64,000 bases of DNA from an uncultured Gemmatimonadales bacterium. Its GTDB lineage: Bacteria; Gemmatimonadota; Gemmatimonadetes; Gemmatimonadales; Gemmatimonadaceae. Shown in pieces: positions 9,534-18,644 of this stretch (positions within the stretch are counted from its first letter, which is position 1; the number at the start of each line of letters is the position of its first letter). The DNA lies in the NCBI GenBank assembly GCA_963851265.1, contig CAWKNZ010000002.1, positions 1,280,001-1,344,000 of the forward strand, read 5' to 3'. The translations under genes were made by a program, and so were the position numbers. The notes under the pieces are model-generated. The model worked only from the letters and a program-made list of their open reading frames with translations. It had not been told where the DNA came from and did not search any database.

Positions 9534-10766
9534 ATGGCGAATTACAAGTACGCGCAGATCCCCGCAGCCGGCGAGCGCATCGATTACAGCGCCGACGTAC
9601 TTCGTGTCCCCGACCGTCCGATCGTGCCGTACATCGAGGGCGACGGCACCGGCCCGGACATCTGGCGCGCGTCGGTTCGCGTATTCGACGCCGCGGTCGC
9701 GCGCGCGTACGGCGGGCAGCGGCAGATCGCCTGGATGGAAGTCTTCGCGGGCGAAAAGGCCGTCGCGACGACCGGCGAGTGGCTGCCCGACGAGACGGTC
9801 GAGGCGCTGCGCGAGTTTCGCGTCTCGATCAAGGGCCCGCTCACGACGCCCGTCGGCGGCGGCATCCGCTCGCTCAACGTGGCGCTCCGTCAGATCCTCG
9901 ACCTCTACGCGTGCATCCGGCCGGTGCGCTACTTCGAGGGCGTCGGCGCGCCCGTCAAGGAGCCGCAGAAGCTGGACATCGTGATCTTCCGCGAAAACAC
10001 GGAAGACGTCTACTCGGGGATCGAGTTCCGCGCCGGGACGCCCGAGGCCGACCAGCTGGCGGGCTACCTGGCCGACCACTTCGGCAAGCGCGTGCGCGAG
10101 GGCTCGGCGATCGGGATCAAGCCGATGAGCGAGTTCGGCTCGAAGCGTCTCGTGCGCATGGCGCTCGACTACGCCGTGAAGAACGGCCGTCCGTCGGTGA
10201 CGCTCGTGCACAAGGGGAACATCATGAAGTTCACCGAAGGCGCGTTCCGCGACTGGGGGTACGAGGTCGCCCGCGACAGCTTCGGCGGCACGCTCATCGA
10301 CAAGGGGCCGTGGACGCAGGTGCCTAACGGGCCCGTGGTCAAGGACGCGATCGCGGACGCGATGTTCCAGCAGTTGCTGCTGCGCCCCGACGAGTACTCG
10401 GTCGTCGCGACGCCGAACCTGAACGGCGACTACATCTCGGACGCGGCGGCCGCTCAGGTGGGCGGGCTCGGCATCGCGCCTGGCGGCAACATCGGCGACG
10501 GGCTCGCCGTGTTCGAAGCGACGCACGGCACCGCACCGAAGTACACCAACCTCGACAAGGTCAACCCGGGCTCGGTCATCCTGTCGGGCGTGATGATGCT
10601 GCAGTACATGGGCTGGAACGAGGCGGCGGACCTGATCGTACGCGGGATGGAGCGTGCGATCGGCGCGAAGACGGTCACCTACGACCTCGCGCGCCAGATG
10701 GACGGGGCGACGGAGGTGTCGTGCTCGGGATTCGGCGAGGCGATCGTCGCCGCGATGGGCGCCTGA
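9534..10766 (+). CDS. icd: NADP-dependent isocitrate dehydrogenase
   Basis: [41 protein letters not shown] and [10 protein letters not shown]. Confidence 0.97.
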   Translation: MANYKYAQIPAAGERIDYSADVLRVPDRPIVPYIEGDGTGPDIWRASVRVFDAAVARAYGGQRQIAWMEVFAGEKAVATTGEWLPDETVEALREFRVSIKGPLTTPVGGGIRSLNVALRQILDLYACIRPVRYFEGVGAPVKEPQKLDIVIFRENTEDVYSGIEFRAGTPEADQLAGYLADHFGKRVREGSAIGIKPMSEFGSKRLVRMALDYAVKNGRPSVTLVHKGNIMKFTEGAFRDWGYEVARDSFGGTLIDKGPWTQVPNGPVVKDAIADAMFQQLLLRPDEYSVVATPNLNGDYISDAAAAQVGGLGIAPGGNIGDGLAVFEATHGTAPKYTNLDKVNPGSVILSGVMMLQYMGWNEAADLIVRGMERAIGAKTVTYDLARQMDGATEVSCSGFGEAIVAAMGA

Positions 10767-10767
10767 G

Positions 10768-12237
10768 ATGACGGTCGCTCTCACCCTCGACACGAGCGTC
10801 GACACGCTGGCGACGCCGCTGCTGGTCGTCGCACTCGCCGCCGGCGAGCCGCTGCCCGTCGCGCTCGGCGGACTCGATGCCACACTCGACGGCGCGTTAG
10901 GCCGCTCCATTTCGCGGCGCGACTTCCGCGGGGCGCGCGACGAGACGCTGCATCTCGCCGGGCGCGAGTCCGGCGTAGAGCGGGTGCTCCTGGTCGGCCT
11001 CGGCAAGGCAGACGACCGCCGCAGCGCGCTGCGGCGCGCGGGGGCGGTCGCCGCGCGCGCCGCCGCGAAGCTCGGCACGGGCGCGCTCGCGTTCTACGCG
11101 GCCGACCTCGACGCGGACGGCGCGGAGCAGGCAGCCGTCGGGATCACGCTCGGTGCGTGGCAGTATGAGGATCTGAAGACGGCGCCGCCCGAAGGCGAGC
11201 GTCGAGCCCCACTCGCGCGCGCATCGGTGGTGGCGGGAGTCGAGGCGCAGCCCGGGATGGCCGCGGCCGAGGCGATCGGCGCCGGTTACGATCTGGCCCG
11301 CCGCCTCGCGATGATGCCCGGGAACGTCTGCACGCCGGACACCTTCGTCCAGACGGCGCACGACATCGCGGGCCGCTTCGGCCTCTCGGTCACGGTGCTC
11401 GGTCGCGCCGAGATGGAAGCCGAGGGGATGGGGTCGTTCCTCTCGGTCGCGCAGGGCGTGCCCGAAGATCCGAAGCTGGTAGCGATCGAGTACCGCCGTG
11501 GCGGCGACGCGAAGCCGCTCGTGCTGGTCGGCAAGGGGCTGTGCTTCGATTCCGGGGGCATCAACCTCAAGCCCGGCGCAGGGATGTTCAACATGAAGTT
11601 CGACATGTGCGGCGCGGCCGGCGTGATGGGCGCGATGGAGGCGATCGCACGTCTCGGACTTCCCGTGAACGTGATTGGCGTCGTCGGATCGACGACGAAC
11701 ATGCCGAGCGGCACGTCGATGAAGCCGGGCGACGTGGTCCGCAGCATGTCGGGCAAGACGATCGAGAACCACAATACCGACGCCGAAGGACGCCTCGTCC
11801 TCTGTGATCTGCTGCACTGGATCAAGAAGTATGAGCCGGCCGCCGTGATCGATGCGGCGACGCTCACCGGCGCGATCGTGATCGCCCTCGGCCACGCCGC
11901 CGTCGGCGTGTTCGGGAGCGACGCCGCGCTCACGCAGGAAGTGCTCGGCGCGGGCCAGCGGGCGGGCGAGAAGGGGTGGGAGTTGCCGATGTTCGACGAG
12001 TACAAGGAACAGCTGAAGAGCGACGTCGCCGACCTGAAGAACGTCGGCGGCCCGGCCGCGGGGTCGATCACGGCGGCGTGGTTCCTCCGCGAGTTCGTCG
12101 ACGGCGCATACCCGTGGGTGCACCTCGACGTCGCCGGGACGGCGTACTCCGAGACGGACCTCGGCTGGATCCCGAAGGGACCGACCGGGACGCCCACCGG
12201 CACGTTCGTCGAGTTCGTTCGGGCGAGGGCGCGCTGA
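10768..12237 (+). CDS. pepA: Leucyl aminopeptidase (M17)
   Basis: VGKGLCFDSGG, MKFDMCGAA, NTDAEGRL and WVHLDVAG. Confidence 0.95.
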   Translation: MTVALTLDTSVDTLATPLLVVALAAGEPLPVALGGLDATLDGALGRSISRRDFRGARDETLHLAGRESGVERVLLVGLGKADDRRSALRRAGAVAARAAAKLGTGALAFYAADLDADGAEQAAVGITLGAWQYEDLKTAPPEGERRAPLARASVVAGVEAQPGMAAAEAIGAGYDLARRLAMMPGNVCTPDTFVQTAHDIAGRFGLSVTVLGRAEMEAEGMGSFLSVAQGVPEDPKLVAIEYRRGGDAKPLVLVGKGLCFDSGGINLKPGAGMFNMKFDMCGAAGVMGAMEAIARLGLPVNVIGVVGSTTNMPSGTSMKPGDVVRSMSGKTIENHNTDAEGRLVLCDLLHWIKKYEPAAVIDAATLTGAIVIALGHAAVGVFGSDAALTQEVLGAGQRAGEKGWELPMFDEYKEQLKSDVADLKNVGGPAAGSITAAWFLREFVDGAYPWVHLDVAGTAYSETDLGWIPKGPTGTPTGTFVEFVRARAR

Positions 12238-12275
12238 CCCTGACTCCCGCGCGGCGCGCGGCTGCACGCGCCCGC

Positions 12276-14312
12276 GTGGCGCGCGCGGCGGTCACCTGGC
12301 TCGCCCGCGTCGCGGCCGCGCTCGCGATTCTGGCCGGCGCCGCCGCCGCGCGGCGGCTCGGCGCGCAGAGCACGCCGGCGCCGCCGACGCCTAACGTTCC
12401 GGCGCCGATCGGCATGCCGGACCGGGTGCGCGCGCGCGCGGACTCCGCGCGCCGCGCGGCGGGTGACACTCTGCGGCGCCGGCGCGACACGACCGGCGTG
12501 GCCGCGCCGGCCGCGGCCGACACGTCGCGCCGTACGGCCGCCGACTCCATCCGTGGCACCCCCGACTCGCTCAAGACGCCCCGGGTACGGCGCGACAGCA
12601 TCAAGGCGCCGCTCGCGCGCGCCGAGATGCCCACACAGGGCGTGATCGCCGGGCCCGCGTACCGGTTCCGCGGCGATACGATCCTCGCGACCGGGTCGCT
12701 GACCGTTGCCGACTTGCTCGAACGCGTGCCGGGCGTCGTCGTCTACCGGAGTGGGTACATCGCGTCCGCGCAGACCGCGTCCTACCTGGGGGACTTCCGC
12801 CGGGTCCGCGTGTTCCGCGACGGCGTGGAGTTGGACCCCGTCGATCCGCGCAACGGCGGCGTGCTCGACCTCACGGACGTCCAGCTCTGGCTCGCCGAAG
12901 AGGTCACGATCGAGCCGACCGCGGGCGAGGTGCGGGTGTTCATTCGGACGCGCGCGCCGAACAACACCACTCCGCAGACGCGCGTCGACGTGTATACGGG
13001 CGACCAGGAGACCAACCTGTATCGCGCGTTCTACGGGAAGCGGTTCACGAACGGCGGCTTGATCCAGGTGAACCTGCAGGAGTACGGGACCGGGCGCGCC
13101 AACCGCACCGGCGGCGGCGGCGACGCCACCAACGCGCTCATCCGACTCGGCTGGGCGCGTCGCAATCGCAGCATCGATCTGACGTTCACGCGGATCGACC
13201 GCCGTCGGAACCGGGGCAACGATTACTTCAACCTGGATTCGGTGCTCGTCGGCTTCCTCGGCCGGCGCGACGAAGCGTACCTGCGGGCCGCGGTCGGTGA
13301 CCCGGAGCAGGGCGTGTGGGCGCAGGCGATCGCGAACGTGCTGCGCTTCCGGCTCGAAAACCCGCAGCGCGCGCCGCGTGCGGCGACCGACACGACGACG
13401 CCCGTGTACCCCGACTCGAACGTCTACCGCAATCAGTATGTGCTCACCGGCGGGTTCACTCGCTGGGGCGTGCGGTTCACCGCTACGGATCGCTACCGTG
13501 TCGGAAGTGGGCACGCGTACCACGCGCCGTCGTTGCGCGCCGCGTATGAGATCAACCGGCTGTCGCTGTCCGCGCTCGCGGAACGGGTCGGCACGGACTC
13601 GACCAAGCGGCTTGATGCGTCGGCGCGCTTCGCGCTCCTGCCGCGTGTCGCCGTGTTGGGCGGCGTGAGTAGCACGACCGGCGACTCGTCCGTCGGCGGC
13701 ACGCGTCGCGTCGTACGCGCGCAGATCGCCGCGCGGGTGTTGCACGACGCGTGGGTCTCGGTCGGCCGCGTGATCCGCGACGGCGGCATCTTCGCGCCGC
13801 CGCGCCTGTACGCGGTCCCGGAGGGCACGCCGGTCGCGGCGAGCGAAGGGAGGGCGTCGGGGTTCATCGGCGAGTTCCGCGGCGCCGTCCTGCCGTTCAT
13901 CACCGCGAACTTCGGTGGGACGGCGTGGAACGACGCGGGGCTGTATCGGCCGCGGTATCAGGGCAGGGGCGAGCTGCGCTTTGCGAGCGACTTCCTGCGG
14001 CGTTTCCCGACGGGCGAGTTCGGGCTCGCCTTCGCGCTGTCCGACGAGTACCGGAGCCGCACGGAGTTCCCGCTCGCGCCGAGCCCGAGCATCGCGGGGA
14101 CGCCCACCACCGGCACCCCCGGGACCGTCACGCTCGCCAGTGCCGGTGCGAGCAACGTCATCGGCGCGCAGCTCGAGATCCGCATCCAGCACGCGGTCGT
14201 GAGCTACCAGATTCGGAACCTCGGATCCCGGTTCTACCAGGAGGTGCCTGGCGTACAACTCCCGCGCGGCGCGACGCAGTTGTATGGCGTGCGATGGGAG
14301 TTCGGGAACTGA
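12276..14312 (+). CDS. Outer-membrane protein with TonB-plug-like domain and putative beta-barrel (start uncertain)
   Basis: Signal peptide (..GA-Q), low-complexity DS/DT repeats, plug-like TVADLLERVPGV...RVFRDGVELDP, alternating beta-strands and C-terminal YGVRWEFGN. Confidence 0.7.
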   Translation: MARAAVTWLARVAAALAILAGAAAARRLGAQSTPAPPTPNVPAPIGMPDRVRARADSARRAAGDTLRRRRDTTGVAAPAAADTSRRTAADSIRGTPDSLKTPRVRRDSIKAPLARAEMPTQGVIAGPAYRFRGDTILATGSLTVADLLERVPGVVVYRSGYIASAQTASYLGDFRRVRVFRDGVELDPVDPRNGGVLDLTDVQLWLAEEVTIEPTAGEVRVFIRTRAPNNTTPQTRVDVYTGDQETNLYRAFYGKRFTNGGLIQVNLQEYGTGRANRTGGGGDATNALIRLGWARRNRSIDLTFTRIDRRRNRGNDYFNLDSVLVGFLGRRDEAYLRAAVGDPEQGVWAQAIANVLRFRLENPQRAPRAATDTTTPVYPDSNVYRNQYVLTGGFTRWGVRFTATDRYRVGSGHAYHAPSLRAAYEINRLSLSALAERVGTDSTKRLDASARFALLPRVAVLGGVSSTTGDSSVGGTRRVVRAQIAARVLHDAWVSVGRVIRDGGIFAPPRLYAVPEGTPVAASEGRASGFIGEFRGAVLPFITANFGGTAWNDAGLYRPRYQGRGELRFASDFLRRFPTGEFGLAFALSDEYRSRTEFPLAPSPSIAGTPTTGTPGTVTLASAGASNVIGAQLEIRIQHAVVSYQIRNLGSRFYQEVPGVQLPRGATQLYGVRWEFGN

Positions 14313-14329
14313 TGGCAGCCGCGGTCGTT

Positions 14330-14358
14330 TTGACAAAGTGCTTGTCCCACAATAGGTT
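14330..14358 (+). promoter_or_regulatory. Sigma70-type promoter of the yicC-gmk-rpoZ operon
   Basis: TTGACA-17 nt-TAGGTT in an AT-richer gap, 12 nt before the ATG. Confidence 0.7.
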
Positions 14359-14370
14359 GCGCCGCTGCAC

Positions 14371-15279
14371 ATGATCCGGAGCATGACAGGGTTCGGCGCG
14401 GCCGACGGAACCGTCGGGCCGCTGCGCGTCGAGGTAGAGGCGCGGAGCGTGAACCACCGCTTCTTCTCGCCGAGTCTCCGGCTGCCCGCCGCCTTCGCGC
14501 GCTGGGAGGCGGATGTCCGCGACGTGCTTCGCGGGCACGTCGCGCGCGGACACGTGACCCTGTCCATTCGCAGCGAGCGCGATGCCGACGCCACGGGCCG
14601 CGTTCGCCTCGACGGCGGACGCCTGGCCGACTATGCGGCCGCGTATCGCGAGATCGCGACGTCGTTCGGTACGACGCCCGTCGTGAGCTTCGCCGACGTG
14701 CTCCGGCTGCCCGGCGTGCTGCTCGGCGAGGACGACGAGGCGGCGGCCGGACCGAGCGGGACGTCCGACGATCTGGCGGAGCGAGATGCACTGCTCGCGC
14801 TCGTTGCGGCGAGCGCCGCCCGGCTCACGGCGGTGCGCGCCGCGGAAGGCGAACGGATCGCGACGGTGCTCCGGGAGCGCGTTGCAATCGTCGCGACGGC
14901 GTTCGAACGCATTGCCGCCCGCGCGCCGGAGCGCCTGACCGAGCAACGCACGCGACTTCAGGACGCCGTTCGCGAGCTCACGGGGGGCGCCACGTTGAGC
15001 GAGGAGCGCATGGCGCAGGAGATCGCCATCCTCGTGGACCGGGTCGACGTGAGCGAGGAGATCGACCGCTTCCGCGCACACGTGGCCGCCTTCCACGCGG
15101 CGCTGGACGCGACCGACGCCGAGCCGGTCGGCAAGCGGCTCGGCTTCCTGCTCCAGGAGATGCTCCGCGAAACGAACACCACCGGCAGCAAGGCGAACGA
15201 TGCGGGCATCGTGCGCGACGTCCTGCTCGTCAAGGAGGAGTTGGAACGTATCCGCGAGCAGGTGGAGAACGTCGAATGA
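14371..15279 (+). CDS. yicC: YicC/YloC family endoribonuclease
   Basis: MIRSMTGFG, RSVNHRF and GKRLGFLLQEMLRETNTTGSK...REQVENVE. Confidence 0.95.
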   Translation: MIRSMTGFGAADGTVGPLRVEVEARSVNHRFFSPSLRLPAAFARWEADVRDVLRGHVARGHVTLSIRSERDADATGRVRLDGGRLADYAAAYREIATSFGTTPVVSFADVLRLPGVLLGEDDEAAAGPSGTSDDLAERDALLALVAASAARLTAVRAAEGERIATVLRERVAIVATAFERIAARAPERLTEQRTRLQDAVRELTGGATLSEERMAQEIAILVDRVDVSEEIDRFRAHVAAFHAALDATDAEPVGKRLGFLLQEMLRETNTTGSKANDAGIVRDVLLVKEELERIREQVENVE

Positions 15280-15929
15280 CGGTGGCCGGCCGCGGCGTTC
15301 CGTTTCCCGTGATTCTCTCCGCGCCGTCCGGTGGCGGGAAGACGAGCATCGCCCGACGCCTTCTCGCCGAGCGCGATGACGTCGGCTACTCGGTCTCGTG
15401 CACCACGCGCGCGCCGCGCGAGGGCGAGATCGATGGCCGCGACTACTACTTCCTCACGCCGGCGGCGTTCGACGCCGCCGCGACGCGCGGGGAATTCGCG
15501 GAGCATGCCACCGTGCACGGCAACCGGTACGGCACGCTCAAGCGCGAGGTGGAGCGCGTCATGGCCGACGGCCGCCACGTGTTGATGGACATCGACGTGC
15601 AGGGAGCGCGGCTCTTTTCGGTGGCGTTCCCGGGCGCGGTCCGCGTGTTCGTCCTTCCGCCCTCGGGCGGGGTACTACTCGAGCGCCTCGCGATGCGGGC
15701 GAGCGAGAGCGCCGCGTCGTTCGCGCTCCGCGTCCGCAACGCGCGCGACGAGGTCGCCGCCGCGCACGAGTACGACTACGTCGTCGTCAACGACGCGCTC
15801 GAACGCGCGGTCGCGCAGGTCGGCTCGATCCTCGATGCCGAAGGTACGCGCCGCGACCGCCTCCGCGAGCTCGACACGCAGATCGACGTCGTCGTCGCGG
15901 AGCTCGACGCCGCGGTCGCGGGCGTCTAA
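15276..15929 (+). CDS. gmk: Guanylate kinase
   Basis: SAPSGGGKTS, SCTTRAPREGEIDGRDYYF and DIDVQGA. Confidence 0.96.
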   Translation: MTVAGRGVPFPVILSAPSGGGKTSIARRLLAERDDVGYSVSCTTRAPREGEIDGRDYYFLTPAAFDAAATRGEFAEHATVHGNRYGTLKREVERVMADGRHVLMDIDVQGARLFSVAFPGAVRVFVLPPSGGVLLERLAMRASESAASFALRVRNARDEVAAAHEYDYVVVNDALERAVAQVGSILDAEGTRRDRLRELDTQIDVVVAELDAAVAGV

Positions 15930-15968
15930 CGCGTAGCCAACAGCAGCACCACACCAGGAGACAACGCC

Positions 15969-16199
15969 ATGCAGGTTTTCACGCCCAACGAGATCGCCGA
16001 GCGCGCCACCAACAAGTACCTCGCCGTGCTGGTCGCGGCCAAGTACGCGCGCCTCCTCAACGAGTTCCCCCGCATCCCCGGCCGCTCGGGCGAGAAGAAG
16101 CTGACCACGCGCGCGCTCGAGGAGCTGTCGGCGGGCAACATCGGCTTCGACGTCGTTCCGCGCCGCCGCGGCGCGCCGGCGCCCGCCGCCGAGGGCTGA
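15969..16199 (+). CDS. rpoZ: RNA polymerase omega subunit
   Basis: NKYLAVLVAAKYAR...KLTTRALEEL, located between gmk and coaBC, with an AGGAG SD. Confidence 0.88.
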   Translation: MQVFTPNEIAERATNKYLAVLVAAKYARLLNEFPRIPGRSGEKKLTTRALEELSAGNIGFDVVPRRRGAPAPAAEG

Positions 16200-16241
16200 C
16201 GCCCGGGCTCTGCCCACCAACCCGGCGGGGCGAGCACGCCC

Positions 16242-17459
16242 GTGCGTCCGTTCGACGGCCGCCACGTCCTGCTCGGGATAACCGGCGGCATCGCGAGCTA
16301 CAAGGCGGCCTGGGTCGCTCGGCTGCTCGCGCAGGCGGGCGCGGTCGTCGACGTCGTGATGACGCGATCGGCGACGGAGTTCGTGGGCGCGGTCACGCTC
16401 GAGGCGCTCGTCGGGCGCCCGGTTCATACGGACCTCATCGCGACCGGCCACGCGCTCGATCACATCAAGCTCGCGCGCGCGGCCGAGGCGATCGTCGTCG
16501 CCCCGTGCACGGCCGACTTCCTCGCGCGCGCGGTCCACGGCCAGGCCGGCGATTTACTGAGCGCTTGCCTGCTCGCCACGACGGCGCCCGTGCTCCTCGT
16601 GCCGGCGATGAACGACCGCATGTGGGCACACCCGCAGGTGCGCCGGAACGTCGAGCACGCGCGTGAGATCGGCTACCACGTGCTCGAACCGGCGAACGGC
16701 CCACTCGCGGCGGGCGAGGGCAGCGGCCCGGGTCGGATGCCGGAGCCCGACGCGATCGTCGCCTGGGCGGGGCGAGTGCTCGAAGCTCCGGGCGCGCTCG
16801 CAGGCCGGCACGTGCTGGTGACGGCCGGCCCGACTCGCGAGGCGCTCGATCCGGTGCGCTACATCTCGAACCACAGCACCGGAAAGATGGGCGTCGCGCT
16901 CGCGACGGCGGCGTGGCGGCGCGGGGCCGCGGTGACGCTCGTCGCGGGCCCGCTCCAGGTTGCCGTTCCCGAGTTCGTCGCGCACGTTGAAGTCGAGACC
17001 ACGGCGGAGATGGCGCACGCGGTCGCGGCCGCGCTGCCCACGGCCGACGTGGCGGTGATGGCCGCGGCGCCGGCGGACTTCCGTCCGGCCGCCGTCGCAC
17101 CCGAGAAGATGAAGCGGCGCGGGGACGGGATCACGCTCGACCTCGCGCCCACGACGGACATCCTCGTGTCCACGCGCGCGCATCGGCGACCTGGCGCCGT
17201 GATCGTCGGGTTCGCGCTCGAAACGTCCGACGGCGAGGCGCACGCCCGCGCCAAGCTCGCCACGAAGTCGCTCGACCTCATCGTGCTCAACGACGCGACC
17301 GAACCCGGCGCCGGCTTCGGCGTCGATACCAACCGTGTGACGATCTTCGGCGCCGACGGCACCGCGGACGTGCTCGCGCTCATGCCGAAGCGCGACGCCG
17401 CGGACGCGATCCTGGATCGAGTGGAACGTCTGCTCGCCTCGCGCGCGGTGGCCCCGTGA
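16242..17459 (+). CDS. coaBC: Bifunctional phosphopantothenoylcysteine decarboxylase/synthetase
   Basis: GITGGIASYK, PAMNDRM, TAGPTREALDPVRYISNHSTGKMG and GFALET. Confidence 0.96.
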   Translation: MRPFDGRHVLLGITGGIASYKAAWVARLLAQAGAVVDVVMTRSATEFVGAVTLEALVGRPVHTDLIATGHALDHIKLARAAEAIVVAPCTADFLARAVHGQAGDLLSACLLATTAPVLLVPAMNDRMWAHPQVRRNVEHAREIGYHVLEPANGPLAAGEGSGPGRMPEPDAIVAWAGRVLEAPGALAGRHVLVTAGPTREALDPVRYISNHSTGKMGVALATAAWRRGAAVTLVAGPLQVAVPEFVAHVEVETTAEMAHAVAAALPTADVAVMAAAPADFRPAAVAPEKMKRRGDGITLDLAPTTDILVSTRAHRRPGAVIVGFALETSDGEAHARAKLATKSLDLIVLNDATEPGAGFGVDTNRVTIFGADGTADVLALMPKRDAADAILDRVERLLASRAVAP

Positions 17460-18644
17460 GCGCCGGCGGACCGGACGCGCGAGATCGGCTGCGCCAGTAC
17501 CTCGAACAGCGGCGCGAACTCGGCGAACGCGAACTCGTGCTCGACTCGATGAGCGTGGAAGACGTGTTGCGCGTGATCGGCGTCGACCGGGGCGGGGCCG
17601 CGCTCAAGCCCCCACGTCCGCGCGCGCCAGCGCCCACCGAGATCCCGGCCGACGCGCCACCGGCGGTGACCGAGGCCAACGTCGAGCCCGACGCGGCCGC
17701 CGCCCCGCCGCCTTGGCGGCGGCGAGGACGACGACGGCGCGCCCGCGCCGCACCCCCGGTTACGCGGCGAGGGAGTTGCGGGAGTGCAGGACGCTCTCCC
17801 GCCCGCCCCGCCGGCGGAACCTGAGGCGGCGCCCGACCGGGTCGGCCAGGCGTCCGACGCGGCGCTCGATGCCGCGTCGACCGGCGACTGGCGCGCCACG
17901 CTCCTCGCCGCGGCGACCGGATCTGAACCGCCGAACGAGCCAGCCCCGGACCCCGCGCCCATGTCCAGCCAGTCCCCGCCTGCCTACGTCTCCGGCGCTC
18001 TGTTCCCAGGCCTCGACGTGCCCGTCGGGGTGATCGCGACGGGTGCCGGCACCGAACTCTTCGGCGGCCCGAGTGAAGGGCTCGATTCGCTGGAGCACCT
18101 CGCCGACGCCGTGCGTGCCTGCACCCGCTGCCAGCTGTACCGCACGGCGACGCACGGGGTGCCCGGCGAGGGCCCGCCGGACGCGGATTTCGTCGTGGTC
18201 GGAGAGGCGCCGGGTGCGGACGAGGACGCCAGCGGGCGTCCGTTCGTCGGAGCCTCGGGCCAGCTTTTGACGAAGATCCTCGCGGCCATTAACCTCCGCC
18301 GGGAGGACGTCTTCATCGCGAACGTCGTGAAGCACCGGCCGCCGGGGAACCGCAACCCCGCGCCCGACGAGGTCGCGGCCTGCAGCCCGTACCTCGTGCG
18401 GCAGCTCGAACTGGTCCGCCCGAAGGTCATCCTCACGGTCGGTAACTTCGCCGCGCAGACGCTCCTCGGCACCAAGCTCGGAATCAGCAAGTTGCGCGGG
18501 CAGGTCCACCTCTACCACGGGGTGCCGCTCGTCGCGACGTACCACCCCGCCGCGCTCCTCCGCAACCCGACGTGGAAGCGGCCCACCTGGGAGGATGTCC
18601 AGCTTGCCCGTCGACTTCTCGATCGCGCCGCCTCCCAAGGTTGA
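17456..18644 (+). CDS. Family-4 uracil-DNA glycosylase, split across two frames (17456..17824 and open frame from 17670 to 18644)
   Basis: The C-terminal frame has CTRCQL, VGEAPGADED..GRPFVG, KHRPPGNRNP and TYHPAALLR. The N-terminal frame starts with GTGA coupling to the coaBC stop and encodes a helical leader (RLRQYLEQRRELGERELVLD). Confidence 0.85.

Noticed and set aside
11286..14594. Very long antisense ORFs (e.g. 11286..14594, 23701..26439, 45824..48043, 18856..20796)
   Set aside because: They are shadow ORFs opposite well-supported genes, are expected in high-GC DNA with few stop codons, and show no recognisable motifs.
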